Positions 51,357 through 61,499 are shown, counted from the stretch's first letter. The stretch: DNA of 64,000 nt from an uncultured Desulfarculus sp. (GCA_963665125.2 CAXXUK010000002.1:1024001-1088000); one strand, 5' to 3'. A program made the numbers and translations. The notes: generated from the letters alone by a model not told the origin.

Positions 51357-53171
51357 ATGGCTGATGTTAATGACTTTTTGACCCCGTTCAGCTATCCGGA
51401 ATTGGCCGGAATGCTGGAAGCCACCCAAGAGCGTGAGATCGCCCCGGATGTCTGGCAATTTGACGGCAACCTGGGCTTGGACTTTTTCCTGGCCGCGCCG
51501 TCTTCCAATTTCTACATCCTGCGCGACGGCGATATCGTGGTTTTGTTCGACACGGGCATGCATCCCTATTACCGCCGCAAGATATTGGACAAGCTGGCCT
51601 ACTACAAGGAGCAAGGCGCCAAAACCCTGGTGCTGTTGAACAGCCAGGGGCACTGGGACCATTGCATGCAAAACTCGGTGGTTCTGGAAGCCGGTTACGA
51701 TGAAGTGCGCTTTCTGCTGCCCGAGCCGGAAGTGCCGGTCATCGACTCCATCGGCCACTGGCTAAATGACTTCAGACGGTTGGCCGAGTTCTACAGCGCC
51801 CCGGCCGAATGGCTGGATCTGCTTGTCGGTTTCGAGACCCAGGCGCGGAACTCTGAGCTGTACGGCCAGTACGAGGACGTCTGGCAGACCATCAAGCAGG
51901 CCCAGGCCGAGCCAACCGAGCCCAATGTGTACGCGGCCATCAAGCGTCTTTGCGAACGCGTACTTTTCAGCAATTTCCGCAGCCTGGCGGAAATAGCAGA
52001 GGTGCTGCCCTTGGACAGCCGTGAAAGGCGCACCTACGGCAGCGTCGAGGTGGAAGGGTGGCAGGTCGGCCGCTTTTTCGTGATCCACGACGCCTCGCAT
52101 TCGCCCGGCCACCTGTGCCTGTACGATCCGCTGAACAAGCTGATCCTCTCCGGCGATGTCACCATAGAGATCAACCCCGCCTTTGGCGACACCAACTGGA
52201 AGCGGTTGATCAAGGCCGCCCGGGCCTTCCGTATCATGTCCCAGGAAGGATTTATCGAGCTGGCCACCGACTCCCACCGCAATGAAGACGGATTCAAGCT
52301 GATAATCGCCTTTACCGGTATGGAGCCCCTGGATGAAACCGAACTTATGGGAGTGATGCGCGGTTCCGACCAGTGCGCCAGTTTTTTCGGGGCCTTTGAA
52401 AACTACTATGTGAACCTGCGGGATGAAGTGCTGACCATTCACCGCCGCCTGGGCGAGTGCACCATGGAGGACATCCTGGCCGAACTTCGCAAGAGCGACA
52501 ACCGCTACGTCAAGTTCAAGATGGCCCTGCCGTTCCCGTCACGGCCGGAGGTCCTGGTCTACCGGGTGCTCAAGGAATACGGCTATTCCCTGCGCGAGGT
52601 GGACGGCAAAAAGTTGCTTTCGCCGCCGCGCCTTTTTGATTTCAACGCCAAGCGCGGGGGCAAGCGGGACGAAGTCCAACTCGACCCCGAGGAGGTGGCA
52701 CAACAGGCGTATGAGTTTGCCCGTGATTTCGAGCGGGAAAACACCGGCTGCGCCCAGTCCTGCCTGGCCGGCATCTACAAGGCCCTGAACCTCGAAGACG
52801 ACAGCCTGTTCAAGGCCGCCAGCGGGCTTTCCGACGGCATGGGCCTGACCACCAACGGCACCTGCGGCGCGCTCACCGCAGGGGCGTTGGTTCTGGGCCA
52901 CTATTTCGGCCGCACCAGAGAACAGTTCGAAGACCCCCTGGCCGCCATGGATTCCTATGACATTGTCAAGGATCTCCACGACCAGTTTCTGGACAGGGTT
53001 GGGGCGGTTCGATGCGGCGATATTCAGAAAAAAATCGCGGGCCGTTCCTTTGACCTGCGCAATCCCGACGACCTGACAGCCGCTGTCGAGGCGGGCATGA
53101 GCGACCACTGCGCCGAGGTGGCGGGCATAGCCGCGGAGATCGCCTGCCGGATCATTGCCGAGGAAACCTAA
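51357..53171 (+). CDS. MBL-fold hydrolase-like domain fused to a C_GCAxxG_C_C domain
   Basis: FDTG, SQGHWDH, SHSPGH, SGD; C-terminal GCAQS, TCGALTAG, RC, HC. Confidence 0.78.
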   Translation: MADVNDFLTPFSYPELAGMLEATQEREIAPDVWQFDGNLGLDFFLAAPSSNFYILRDGDIVVLFDTGMHPYYRRKILDKLAYYKEQGAKTLVLLNSQGHWDHCMQNSVVLEAGYDEVRFLLPEPEVPVIDSIGHWLNDFRRLAEFYSAPAEWLDLLVGFETQARNSELYGQYEDVWQTIKQAQAEPTEPNVYAAIKRLCERVLFSNFRSLAEIAEVLPLDSRERRTYGSVEVEGWQVGRFFVIHDASHSPGHLCLYDPLNKLILSGDVTIEINPAFGDTNWKRLIKAARAFRIMSQEGFIELATDSHRNEDGFKLIIAFTGMEPLDETELMGVMRGSDQCASFFGAFENYYVNLRDEVLTIHRRLGECTMEDILAELRKSDNRYVKFKMALPFPSRPEVLVYRVLKEYGYSLREVDGKKLLSPPRLFDFNAKRGGKRDEVQLDPEEVAQQAYEFARDFERENTGCAQSCLAGIYKALNLEDDSLFKAASGLSDGMGLTTNGTCGALTAGALVLGHYFGRTREQFEDPLAAMDSYDIVKDLHDQFLDRVGAVRCGDIQKKIAGRSFDLRNPDDLTAAVEAGMSDHCAEVAGIAAEIACRIIAEET

Positions 53172-53275
53172 CAGCACGTTTTGAAAGAGCAATCTAACTA
53201 AGCTGCCCGGCAGAACCGGACCTTTGCCGGGCAGCGGCCGGAAAACAACAGGAAGGGCTTTTTCAACAATCCGCC
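53172..53275 (-). repeat. Partial copy D of the multi-hairpin repeat
   Basis: Reverse complement TGTTGAAAAAGCCCTTCCTG...GCTGCCCGGCAAAGGTCCGGTTCTGCCGGGCAGCT aligns with the 5' half of copy B. Confidence 0.65.
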
Positions 53276-53319
53276 GGGACCGGCGCGGCATTCGAGCTTC
53301 GTAGCGAAAGGAAACAGTA

Positions 53320-53736
53320 ATGGTTTTATTTGGAACCCAGCAATGGCTGGACGCATTTTGCCAGGCCGTCAACCAGGACACCGACTACGCCAAGGCGGCC
53401 AAGGACTATGAAGGCAGCATGACCTGCATCAGCGAGCCCGAAGCGGGCGTTTGCACTGAAAAATTCGTCATGTTTTTCGATCCGTACCATGGCTCGATCC
53501 GCCAGTGGGAGATGCTAGGCGACGAAAGGGACAAGGATGCGGCCTTTGTCCTCAGCGCGCCCTACAGCGTATGGAAACAGATCACCAAGGGCGAGCAGGA
53601 CATGCTCCGGGCGGTAATGGGCCGCAAGCTAAAGGTCAAGGGCAAGATGACCCACCTGATCCGCCAGGTCGGCCCGGCCAAGGCCCTGACCGACGTCATG
53701 GTCAAACTGCCCACCCAATACCACGACGAGCAATAG
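53320..53736 (+). CDS. SCP2 sterol/lipid-binding domain protein
   Basis: F.TQQWLDAFCQAVN, APYSVWKQI..G, AVMGRKLKVKGKM. Confidence 0.85.
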   Translation: MVLFGTQQWLDAFCQAVNQDTDYAKAAKDYEGSMTCISEPEAGVCTEKFVMFFDPYHGSIRQWEMLGDERDKDAAFVLSAPYSVWKQITKGEQDMLRAVMGRKLKVKGKMTHLIRQVGPAKALTDVMVKLPTQYHDEQ

Positions 53737-53743
53737 GAGGCCT

Positions 53744-54934
53744 GTGATGATCGATTTTTCTCTGACCAGATCACAGGAGGAGTTCCTGGATACTGTGGAT
53801 CGCTTTGGCCGCAAGGAGTTAGAGCCAGTTTCTCGGCTCGTCGACGCCGACCATGACGCCCCATTTCCCTGGGAAACCGTGTCCAAGGGCATAGAAATGG
53901 GTCTGACAACCCTGGCCATACCCGAGTTGTACGGCGGCCTGGGCCTGGATATGGTCACCGCGTCACTGATCCTGGGCCGGGTGTCCTATTACGACGCCGG
54001 CTTTTGCGACGTCTTCGGAGCCACGGCGCTGGGCTATCTGCCCGTGCTGGTGGGCGGCGACCCGGATCTGTGGGAGCGCTGGTTCACCAAAACCTGCGAG
54101 GACACCTCCGGCCGCCTGCTGTGGGGCTTTGCCTGCACCGAACCCGGCAGCGGCTCGGACAGCATCAAGGCCGACAGCCCCAAGCACGGCACCCGGACCA
54201 CGGCCGTGCGCGACGGCGATCACTGGGTGGTCAACGGCCGTAAGTGCTTTATCACCAACGGCGGCGAGGCCTCCATATTCACCCTGCTGGCCCGCACCGA
54301 CATGAACAAGGGCCAGGACGGCGGCACCTCGTGGTTTGTTCACAACGCCGACCTGCCGGGATTCAGCGTGGGCAAATACGAGGAAAAAATGGGCCACCGC
54401 GTGTCCAGCGTGACCGAGCTGATATACGAGGACGTGAGAATCCCGGCCGACGCCATGATCGGCCAGGAAGGCGAGGGGGCCCTGATCCTCAACAACGTCC
54501 TGGCCGCCAGCGACCCCATCGTCGGCTATCTGTCGGCCTGCATTGCCGAACGGGCCTTTGACCTTGCCCTTGACTACACCAAGCAGCGCGTCCAGGGCGG
54601 CGGCCTGATCTGCAAGCATCAATCCATTCAGCGCAGGCTCACCGAGATGCGCACCAGGTTCATGACCGCCAAGTGGTTCTGCCTGCATGCCCTGTGGACC
54701 ATGGACAACAACCCCCCCGGCGATATCGCCCTCAGCGCCCAGGCCAAGGTCTATGCCTCCGAGGCTGCGGTGCAAAACGCCCTGGACGCCATGGACGTGG
54801 TGGGCGGCTACTCCTACATGCGCGACTACCCGTTCGAGAAGCTGCTGCGCGACGCAAAACTCAACACCATCTATGAAGGCTCCAACGACATGCTGCGGCT
54901 CATCGCGGCGGAAAGTTTCATCGGGGAGGTGTAA
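53744..54934 (+). CDS. Acyl-CoA dehydrogenase
   Basis: CTEPGSGSD, NGRKCFITNG, EKMG, GGYSY, IYEGSND. Confidence 0.95.
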   Translation: MMIDFSLTRSQEEFLDTVDRFGRKELEPVSRLVDADHDAPFPWETVSKGIEMGLTTLAIPELYGGLGLDMVTASLILGRVSYYDAGFCDVFGATALGYLPVLVGGDPDLWERWFTKTCEDTSGRLLWGFACTEPGSGSDSIKADSPKHGTRTTAVRDGDHWVVNGRKCFITNGGEASIFTLLARTDMNKGQDGGTSWFVHNADLPGFSVGKYEEKMGHRVSSVTELIYEDVRIPADAMIGQEGEGALILNNVLAASDPIVGYLSACIAERAFDLALDYTKQRVQGGGLICKHQSIQRRLTEMRTRFMTAKWFCLHALWTMDNNPPGDIALSAQAKVYASEAAVQNALDAMDVVGGYSYMRDYPFEKLLRDAKLNTIYEGSNDMLRLIAAESFIGEV

Positions 54935-54936
54935 CC

Positions 54937-56310
54937 ATGGCCAGGCAAACAATATCAGGCGGCGACCGGCCTTATTGGAACATGCAGATCGAGCCCCTTT
55001 TCAACACGCCCCAGATGGCTGAAATCCAGCTGCAGAAGCTGCGCAGGATGCTGGCCAAGCTCAAGGCGTACGCGCCCTTTTACGCGGCCATAATCGAAAA
55101 GTCGGGCCTGGAGCCGGAAAAACTGAAAAGCATCCAACAGTTCCGCGAAACAGTGCCCTTGTTCAACAAACAATCGCTTATCGAACTGGTGGGCCAGTGC
55201 GGCGGCGACCTGCTAAAGGCCATTGATCAAATCGTGCCGGCCGGCATCGACGACATCGACTACATGGGCACCACCACCGGCACCACCGGCATACCCACGC
55301 CGTATCCTCTGACCAACTTCGACCTGACCGATGTCTGGGGCGAGGCCATGGTCCGTGGGGCCTGGCGGGCCGGAGTCCGTTCCCACGACAGGGTGCTCTA
55401 CAGCTTTGCCCTGTCCATGGTCATCGCCGGGGTGCCCTCGATGATCGGCATGCAGAAGATAGGCGCGATGATGCTGCCTGTGGGCGCTGAGGCCAAGAGC
55501 GAGCGCATCCTGCTGATGCAGGGCCTCTTCCAAGGCACCGTCTACGCGGGCACGCCGTCGTTGGCCGAATACCTGATCGAGCAGTCGCCCAAGTATCTGG
55601 GCAAGCCGGTGTCGGAACTGGGCCTGCATACGCTTTTCCTGGGCGGCGAGCCCGGCGCGGGCATCCCCGAGGTCAAGCGGAAGCTGGAACAGGCCTATGG
55701 GGCCAGGGTCTTTGACGCCGGGGCCGGCTTCGGCTGCTCCTGCGACCACGACGAGTACCAGGGAATGCATTGGCTGGGCGACGACCTGGCCTATTACGAG
55801 CTGGTGGACCCGGACACCAAGGCCCCCTTGCCCCTGGAAGACGGCGCGGTGGGCGAGGCGGTGTTCACCTCGCTGGAGGGCCTGGGCATGGTCTTCGTGC
55901 GCCAGAGCCTGGGCGACATCCATCAGGTGTTCACCGAGCCCTGCCCCTGCGGCCGCAGCGGCTTCCGCTACAAGGTCATCGGACGCAGCGACGACATGCT
56001 CAAGGTCAAGGGCGTCATGGTCTACCCCAGCCATATCAAGGGCGTAATCAACGAGTTCACGCCCCGTCTGACCGGCGAGATGCGCATCATCCTCGACGAA
56101 AGGCCGCCGCGCGTCAGACCGCCCCTGAAGCTGCGGGTGGAATACGGACCGGATGTCCCGGCCGAAAAACTGGATGATTTGGCCGCCGAGGTCTCCGAGG
56201 CCATGAGCCGGCGGCTGAAGATCAAGCCCCTGATCATCTGGGCCGAACCCGGCAGCCTGGAGCGCAGCCACTACAAGGGCCAGGTCTTTGAAAAGACCTA
56301 CGAGTCGTAA
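54937..56310 (+). CDS. Phenylacetate--CoA ligase family protein
   Basis: TTGTTGIP, GTPS, GGEPG, CPCGRS, GRSDDMLKVKGV. Confidence 0.9.
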   Translation: MARQTISGGDRPYWNMQIEPLFNTPQMAEIQLQKLRRMLAKLKAYAPFYAAIIEKSGLEPEKLKSIQQFRETVPLFNKQSLIELVGQCGGDLLKAIDQIVPAGIDDIDYMGTTTGTTGIPTPYPLTNFDLTDVWGEAMVRGAWRAGVRSHDRVLYSFALSMVIAGVPSMIGMQKIGAMMLPVGAEAKSERILLMQGLFQGTVYAGTPSLAEYLIEQSPKYLGKPVSELGLHTLFLGGEPGAGIPEVKRKLEQAYGARVFDAGAGFGCSCDHDEYQGMHWLGDDLAYYELVDPDTKAPLPLEDGAVGEAVFTSLEGLGMVFVRQSLGDIHQVFTEPCPCGRSGFRYKVIGRSDDMLKVKGVMVYPSHIKGVINEFTPRLTGEMRIILDERPPRVRPPLKLRVEYGPDVPAEKLDDLAAEVSEAMSRRLKIKPLIIWAEPGSLERSHYKGQVFEKTYES

Positions 56311-56321
56311 AGGGAGCGGAC

Positions 56322-57569
56322 ATGCGCGATGTATTCATTATCGGCGTTGGCATGACCCCCTTTGACAAACACTTGTCTCTGTCCGTAAAGGACCTGGCCG
56401 CCCAGGCCCTGCAACAAGCCCTTTATGACGCGGGGATTACAAGCCAGGACTTGCAGGCGGCGTGGTTTTCCAACACGGCTTGGGGCTATTTCACCCATCA
56501 GCACAGCATTCGGGGGCAGGTGGCCCTGCGGGCGTGCGGCATATCCGGCATACCCGTCACCAACGTGGAAAACGCCTGCGCCGGTGGTTCCACGGCCCTG
56601 CATGAGGCCTGGCGGGGCGTGGCCTCCGGCCAGTATGAGTGTGCCTTGGCCATTGGCGCCGAAAAAATGTGTCACGAGGACAAGGCCAAGGTCTTCAGGG
56701 CCTTTTGGTCGGGCATAGATGTCGAAGGCATGGCCGGGCAGATGGCTGATTGGCAGAGTTTGCTCGACGGCCTGAAAATAAAGCCGCCCCAGGACCAGGG
56801 CCCGGCGGGCCAGGACCGCAGCGCCTTCATGGACATCTATTCGGCCGGTTGCCGCTGGCACATGGAACGCCACGGCACGACCCATGAGCAACTGGCTTTT
56901 ATCGCCAGCAAGAACCACTTCAACGGCTCGCTGAACCCCAACGCCCAATACCGCAAACAGATGAGCCCCGAGGAAATTCTGGCGGCCCGGCCCGTCAGTT
57001 GGCCCCTGACCGTGCCCATGTGCGCGCCGGTGGGGGACGGCGGGGCGGCGGCCGTGGTCTGCTCGGCGCAGTTCCTGACAAAGGTGAAAATCGCTCGGCC
57101 GGTGAAGATCCTGGCCTCGGTATTGGCCTCGGGCAGCGATCGGGCCATGGATGACGAAGCCAACGACATCGCTTGCAGGGCCTCGAAACAGGCCTATGAA
57201 ATGGCGGCCTTGGGCCCGGCCGACATCGATGTGGCCGAGGTTCATGACGCCACGTCCTTTGGCGAACTGCACCAGTGCGAGGCCTTGGGATTTTGCGAGC
57301 CGGGCAGGGGCGGCGAGTTCGCCATGCTGGGGGCCACAAGGCTTGACGGCAGCATTCCGGTGAACCCGTCGGGCGGCCTGGAGTCCCGCGGTCATCCCAT
57401 CGGGGCGTCGGGTTTGGGCCAGGTCTATGAACTGGTGACCCAGCTTCGCCACGAGGCCGGCAAGCGTCAGGTTCAGGGATGCCGCATAGCCATGGCTGAA
57501 AACGGCGGGGGCAATCTCGGCTTCGAGGAAGCGGCCATGGCCATTCACATTCTCCAAAAGGCTCACTAA
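56322..57569 (+). CDS. SCP2-type (SCP-x-like) thiolase
   Basis: ENACAGG, EVHDA, GHPIGASG, ENGGG. Confidence 0.9.
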   Translation: MRDVFIIGVGMTPFDKHLSLSVKDLAAQALQQALYDAGITSQDLQAAWFSNTAWGYFTHQHSIRGQVALRACGISGIPVTNVENACAGGSTALHEAWRGVASGQYECALAIGAEKMCHEDKAKVFRAFWSGIDVEGMAGQMADWQSLLDGLKIKPPQDQGPAGQDRSAFMDIYSAGCRWHMERHGTTHEQLAFIASKNHFNGSLNPNAQYRKQMSPEEILAARPVSWPLTVPMCAPVGDGGAAAVVCSAQFLTKVKIARPVKILASVLASGSDRAMDDEANDIACRASKQAYEMAALGPADIDVAEVHDATSFGELHQCEALGFCEPGRGGEFAMLGATRLDGSIPVNPSGGLESRGHPIGASGLGQVYELVTQLRHEAGKRQVQGCRIAMAENGGGNLGFEEAAMAIHILQKAH

Positions 57570-57724
57570 CAGGGTGTTGAAAAAGCCCGTCCTGGCCTTT
57601 TTCAACGGCTATCCGGCAAAAGCGCGGTTTTGCCGGATAGCTCAATTTGCTTGTTTATGAAAACCGCGCAAATTGGCGGGCCGTCCATGGCCCGCCTAGC
57701 AGACTGTTTTTGAACAGCCTGCTA
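57564..57724 (+). repeat. ~160-bp multi-hairpin repeat / MITE-like element, copy B
   Basis: Five hairpins; ends TAACAGGGTGTTGAAAAA / TTTTTGAACAGCCTGCTA form a 15/18 inverted repeat. Confidence 0.8.
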
Positions 57725-57755
57725 AATAAACAACCCCGCGGATGGAGCGAACCGC

Positions 57756-58484
57756 ATGAACAAACAAGGACTGGAAGAAATCCGTCTCCGGCATACAAGC
57801 ACTGAACAAGTCATCCTGGCTCGGCGCAGCTGCCGCAGCTACAAAAGGGAGCAGGTGCCCGAGTTTATGGTCAGGCGTATTTTGGAGGCCGGGCGCTTTG
57901 CTCCTTCCGCGGGTAATTACCAACCATGGAAGTTCGTGGTGCTGCGCGATCGGCAAATGATCGACGAACTCACCGACTGCGTGGTGCGGCGCTGCCGTTT
58001 GTTGATGAGCCTGTTGGACTATAGACGCCCGGGAAAAAGGTGGCTGCGGCCTTTGACAAGCCTGTTTGTCAACCTGCGGCCCAACGACCTGCACCCGGTG
58101 CCGTTCGACGCCATGGATCTGATCGGTAAAAGGGAGTTGGCCCTGTATCATGGAGCGTCCACGGTGATCCTTATCTTCGAGGATGTCCGCGGGGTCAGCT
58201 GCCCGATGCTCGATTGCGGCATTGCCGGGCAAAACATGGCCCTGGCAGCCCACAGCATGGGCCTTGGCACCTGCTGGGTCGGTTTCAGCAAGCTGGCCCT
58301 GAAATACGGAAAAAAGTGGAAAAAACGCCTGGGCATCGGCTATCCGTACAAGTTCGCCAGCAGCCTGGCCGTGGGATTCCCCAAGGGCAACCCCGACGGC
58401 CAGGTGACCAGGCAGACCCACGTAATCGACTGGCATGAGGACGGCGTGATGCGCCAACTAGACATGGAAGGAGCCCAACAATGA
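57756..58484 (+). CDS. Nitroreductase family protein
   Basis: RRSCRSYK, APSAGNYQPWKFVV, DCGIAGQNM.LAAHSMGLGTCW. Confidence 0.92.
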   Translation: MNKQGLEEIRLRHTSTEQVILARRSCRSYKREQVPEFMVRRILEAGRFAPSAGNYQPWKFVVLRDRQMIDELTDCVVRRCRLLMSLLDYRRPGKRWLRPLTSLFVNLRPNDLHPVPFDAMDLIGKRELALYHGASTVILIFEDVRGVSCPMLDCGIAGQNMALAAHSMGLGTCWVGFSKLALKYGKKWKKRLGIGYPYKFASSLAVGFPKGNPDGQVTRQTHVIDWHEDGVMRQLDMEGAQQ

Positions 58485-58792
58485 AGAGGATCGGTTTGTT
58501 CGAACGTTGGAGCGTCCCCGACTATGGCGATATCCGGCAGACCTCCCACGGTGTTGTTGCCGTGATCCAGGAAAAGTGCGTCGGCTGCGGCCTGTGTGAG
58601 TTGGCCTGCCCGGCGGGGGCCATGTCCGTCTCGGACGGCAAGGCGCGGTTCAATATCGATAGGGGTTGTATCTTTTGTGGCGACTGCCAGGCCATGTGCC
58701 CAACCCAGTCCATCGAACTAAAAGAACAATATAAATACAGCGGCAAGTACCTGACCTTGGATCGCGGCCTGCCCTCCGTTCCAAGGCTGTAA
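58481..58792 (+). CDS. 2[4Fe-4S] ferredoxin-like protein
   Basis: CVGCGLCELACP and CIFCGDCQAMCP. Confidence 0.92.
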   Translation: MKRIGLFERWSVPDYGDIRQTSHGVVAVIQEKCVGCGLCELACPAGAMSVSDGKARFNIDRGCIFCGDCQAMCPTQSIELKEQYKYSGKYLTLDRGLPSVPRL

Positions 58793-58948
58793 AGGGCTAG
58801 TCGTCCATTTTGCATAAAGTTTAGGCGCCTCGTTGCTGACCTGCTCTAAGTTTGACGTTTCATCTCTCGCCTGGGATCGGCCGCGCCCCGTGATAACCAG
58901 ACCGCGGATGGGTCTGGTGCCGCAACCTTTCGTGGAGATAAGAAAATA

Positions 58949-60505
58949 ATGCGTTTTTCCAACCTTCGAATCGGTTTGAGGCTGGGCCTGGGCTTCGGCC
59001 TGGTCATCGTCTTGACGGCCTTGATGTGTCTGATTGCCATTACCAAGGTGTACGGCGTTTCCGACCTGGCCATCAATATCTACCAGCAGCCATATGCCGT
59101 AATGGAGGCGGCGCTGGGCATTGAAAACCAAATGATCATGATCGACCGGTACATGGACGCCGTGATCGCGGCCCCGGACGAAACGGAGTTGAACAAGGCG
59201 GTCAAGGAGATTGCCGCAATGGAGGCCGAGATGCTTCTGCAATTTGACACCATCGCGGCCCGTTTCACCGGGGACAGGCAAAGGCTCGACCAGGCAAAAC
59301 AGATGTTCGCCGGTTGGCGGCCGATCAGGGAGCGGATTATTGAATTGATGCGCCAGGGGCGGACAGCCAAGGCGGAAACGACCGCCAAGGCCGAGGCCTC
59401 CGACCATGCCTTGCGGCTGCGTTTGGCCATGGACAGCTTTGTCATCCTGGCCAAGAACGAGGCAAACAAATACGCGCAGGCCGCCAAGGAGGCCAAGGAC
59501 AGCGCTTATTACACCATCATGCGCCTGGGCGCGGTCATGGTTTTTATCAGCATAGGCTTTGCCTGGAGTCTGACCAGGGGGATTACCCGGCCCGTTCGCC
59601 AGGCACTGCACGTAGTGCAGAACATGGCCAAGGGCGATTTGACAATCAGGGTTGAATCGGACCGCAGGGATGAAACGGGCCGCATGCTTTCGGCCATGGG
59701 CGAGATGGTCGACAGGCTTTCGGAAATGATCGGCAGCAACGTGTCAAGCTCCCAACGGTTGGCCCGGGGGGCCGGACAGCAGGCGTCCTCCCTGGAAGAA
59801 ACCGCGGCTTCCCTGGAGCAGCTCAACTCCATGGCCCGGCAAAACACGGAAAATGCCCACCAAGCCGCCCAGTTGACAGGGGATGCCCGAAAAATAGTGG
59901 AGGATGCCAACCAGGCCATGTCGCAGCTCAAACGGTCCATGGAAAAGATCGACGCGGCCAGCGGAGAGATGGCGAAAATTATCAATACCATTGACGAAAT
60001 AGCATTCCAGACAAACCTGCTGGCACTGAACGCGGCGGTTGAGGCGGCCCGGGCCGGTGAGGCCGGAGCGGGATTCGCCGTGGTGGCCGACGAGGTGCGC
60101 AACCTGGCCATAAGGGCGGCAGAGGCGGCCCGCAATACGTCGGAACTCATCGAGGACAATATCAACAATATCAAAACAGGTTCCGGCCTGGTCGGCGTGA
60201 CGGACAAGGCCTTCAGCGGAGTGGTGGAAAGCGTCGGCAAGGTCAAGAACCTCATCGGCGAGATCGCGGCGGCGACCAATGAACAAACCCAGGGAATCAT
60301 GCAGATCAGCCGGGCCATGAGCGCCATGGACAAGATCACCCAGGCCAACGCGGCCGGAGCCGAGGAGATCGCGGCGTCCATGGCCATGTTCAAAGTCGGG
60401 CAAAACGGCCGCAATAATCTTCATGCGGGCGCGGGAAACGGTTCCGGGCAAATGCTGTTGGCGCCGGGTAGCCGGTCGGCCATTCATGGGGAGGATCAAT
60501 TTTAA
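58949..60505 (+). CDS. Methyl-accepting chemotaxis protein
   Basis: TM-4HB-TM-HAMP; IAFQTNLLALNAAVEAARAGEAGAGFAVVADEVRNLA. Confidence 0.96.
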   Translation: MRFSNLRIGLRLGLGFGLVIVLTALMCLIAITKVYGVSDLAINIYQQPYAVMEAALGIENQMIMIDRYMDAVIAAPDETELNKAVKEIAAMEAEMLLQFDTIAARFTGDRQRLDQAKQMFAGWRPIRERIIELMRQGRTAKAETTAKAEASDHALRLRLAMDSFVILAKNEANKYAQAAKEAKDSAYYTIMRLGAVMVFISIGFAWSLTRGITRPVRQALHVVQNMAKGDLTIRVESDRRDETGRMLSAMGEMVDRLSEMIGSNVSSSQRLARGAGQQASSLEETAASLEQLNSMARQNTENAHQAAQLTGDARKIVEDANQAMSQLKRSMEKIDAASGEMAKIINTIDEIAFQTNLLALNAAVEAARAGEAGAGFAVVADEVRNLAIRAAEAARNTSELIEDNINNIKTGSGLVGVTDKAFSGVVESVGKVKNLIGEIAAATNEQTQGIMQISRAMSAMDKITQANAAGAEEIAASMAMFKVGQNGRNNLHAGAGNGSGQMLLAPGSRSAIHGEDQF

Positions 60506-60730
60506 ACCTAACATTTGCCTGTAAGGATGGGTTTTAACGGGCAACGGTAATCGCTCGTTGCCCGGCGCCATATGCCCCAGTTCCACCCGACGCAGGCTCT
60601 GCCGCGATTCAAATGCATCGGACCCGTCTCTTTAAGCCTGGACGTCGATCGGAACACGGGCTCCGTCCGTGCGCGGTGTCCGGTTTTATTCCAACCAAAA
60701 GGCTCAATTTGTAATTCGCAAAAATTTGGT

Positions 60731-60760
60731 TTGACAAAAAAGCAGACCAACTAGTACTAT
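60731..60760 (+). promoter_or_regulatory. Putative sigma70 promoter of the tetR-GRE operon
   Basis: TTGACA-N18-TACTAT. Confidence 0.55.
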
Positions 60761-60831
60761 TTTCAAAAATTGAACCTGATTCGAAAAATGATTGAAGATC
60801 ATAAATCGTATGATCGTGTAAAGGGTGTGGC

Positions 60832-61479
60832 ATGGGAACCCGCGAAAGACGCATCCGTGAAAAGCGGATGAGGGCCGAACAGATCCAGACAGCCGCTGAA
60901 AAGGTTTTCCTGAAATGGGGATACCAGGATGCGACCATCCAGCGCATCGCCAGGGAAGCTGAACTGAGCATTGGAACGATCTATTTCTACTTCAAGACCA
61001 AGGAAGAGATCTACGCTTCCTTGAACCTGAAATACATCCAGGCTTGCGACCTGGGGCTGGAAAAAATTAAAGCCCGTGATGATCTGGGCGTGGAAGAAAT
61101 GATGCGCCAGGCCTGGAGCCTGCTGTCGGACGTCTTCTGCCAATCGCCCTTAAGTCTGCGGGCCCTGGTCCACGGTCAGCTCCAAGGCTCGTTGCAGGAC
61201 ATCTCCAAGCCATTGCTGCACGAATTGAACAGCACGGGCCGCCATATCCTCAAAAAGCTCGCCGCCATCATCGAGAACGGCATGGACCTCGGGGTCTTCC
61301 GCCGGTGCAATCCGATGGCCTTGGCCGACCTGCTGTGGAGCACCTTTACCGGCGTGGTCAGCTGGCAGGAGGCCAAAAAGACCTCGGACCCTTCAAAGCA
61401 GTTCCTGGAGACGACCCTGGAAGTCGCCTTCGAGGTTTATCTCAGGGGCATCCGTCTGGACACTAATGATCGCTGTTGA
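60832..61479 (+). CDS. TetR-family regulator
   Basis: AAEKVF..GYQDATI.RIAREAELSIGTIYFYFKTKEEI. Confidence 0.93.
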   Translation: MGTRERRIREKRMRAEQIQTAAEKVFLKWGYQDATIQRIAREAELSIGTIYFYFKTKEEIYASLNLKYIQACDLGLEKIKARDDLGVEEMMRQAWSLLSDVFCQSPLSLRALVHGQLQGSLQDISKPLLHELNSTGRHILKKLAAIIENGMDLGVFRRCNPMALADLLWSTFTGVVSWQEAKKTSDPSKQFLETTLEVAFEVYLRGIRLDTNDRC

Positions 61480-61499
61480 TCAGTAGGGGGAGCATAACG

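Noticed and set aside
58815..58845. Sigma28 promoter for the MCP (TAAAGTTT...GCTGACCT)
   Set aside because: Poor -10 match and off spacing
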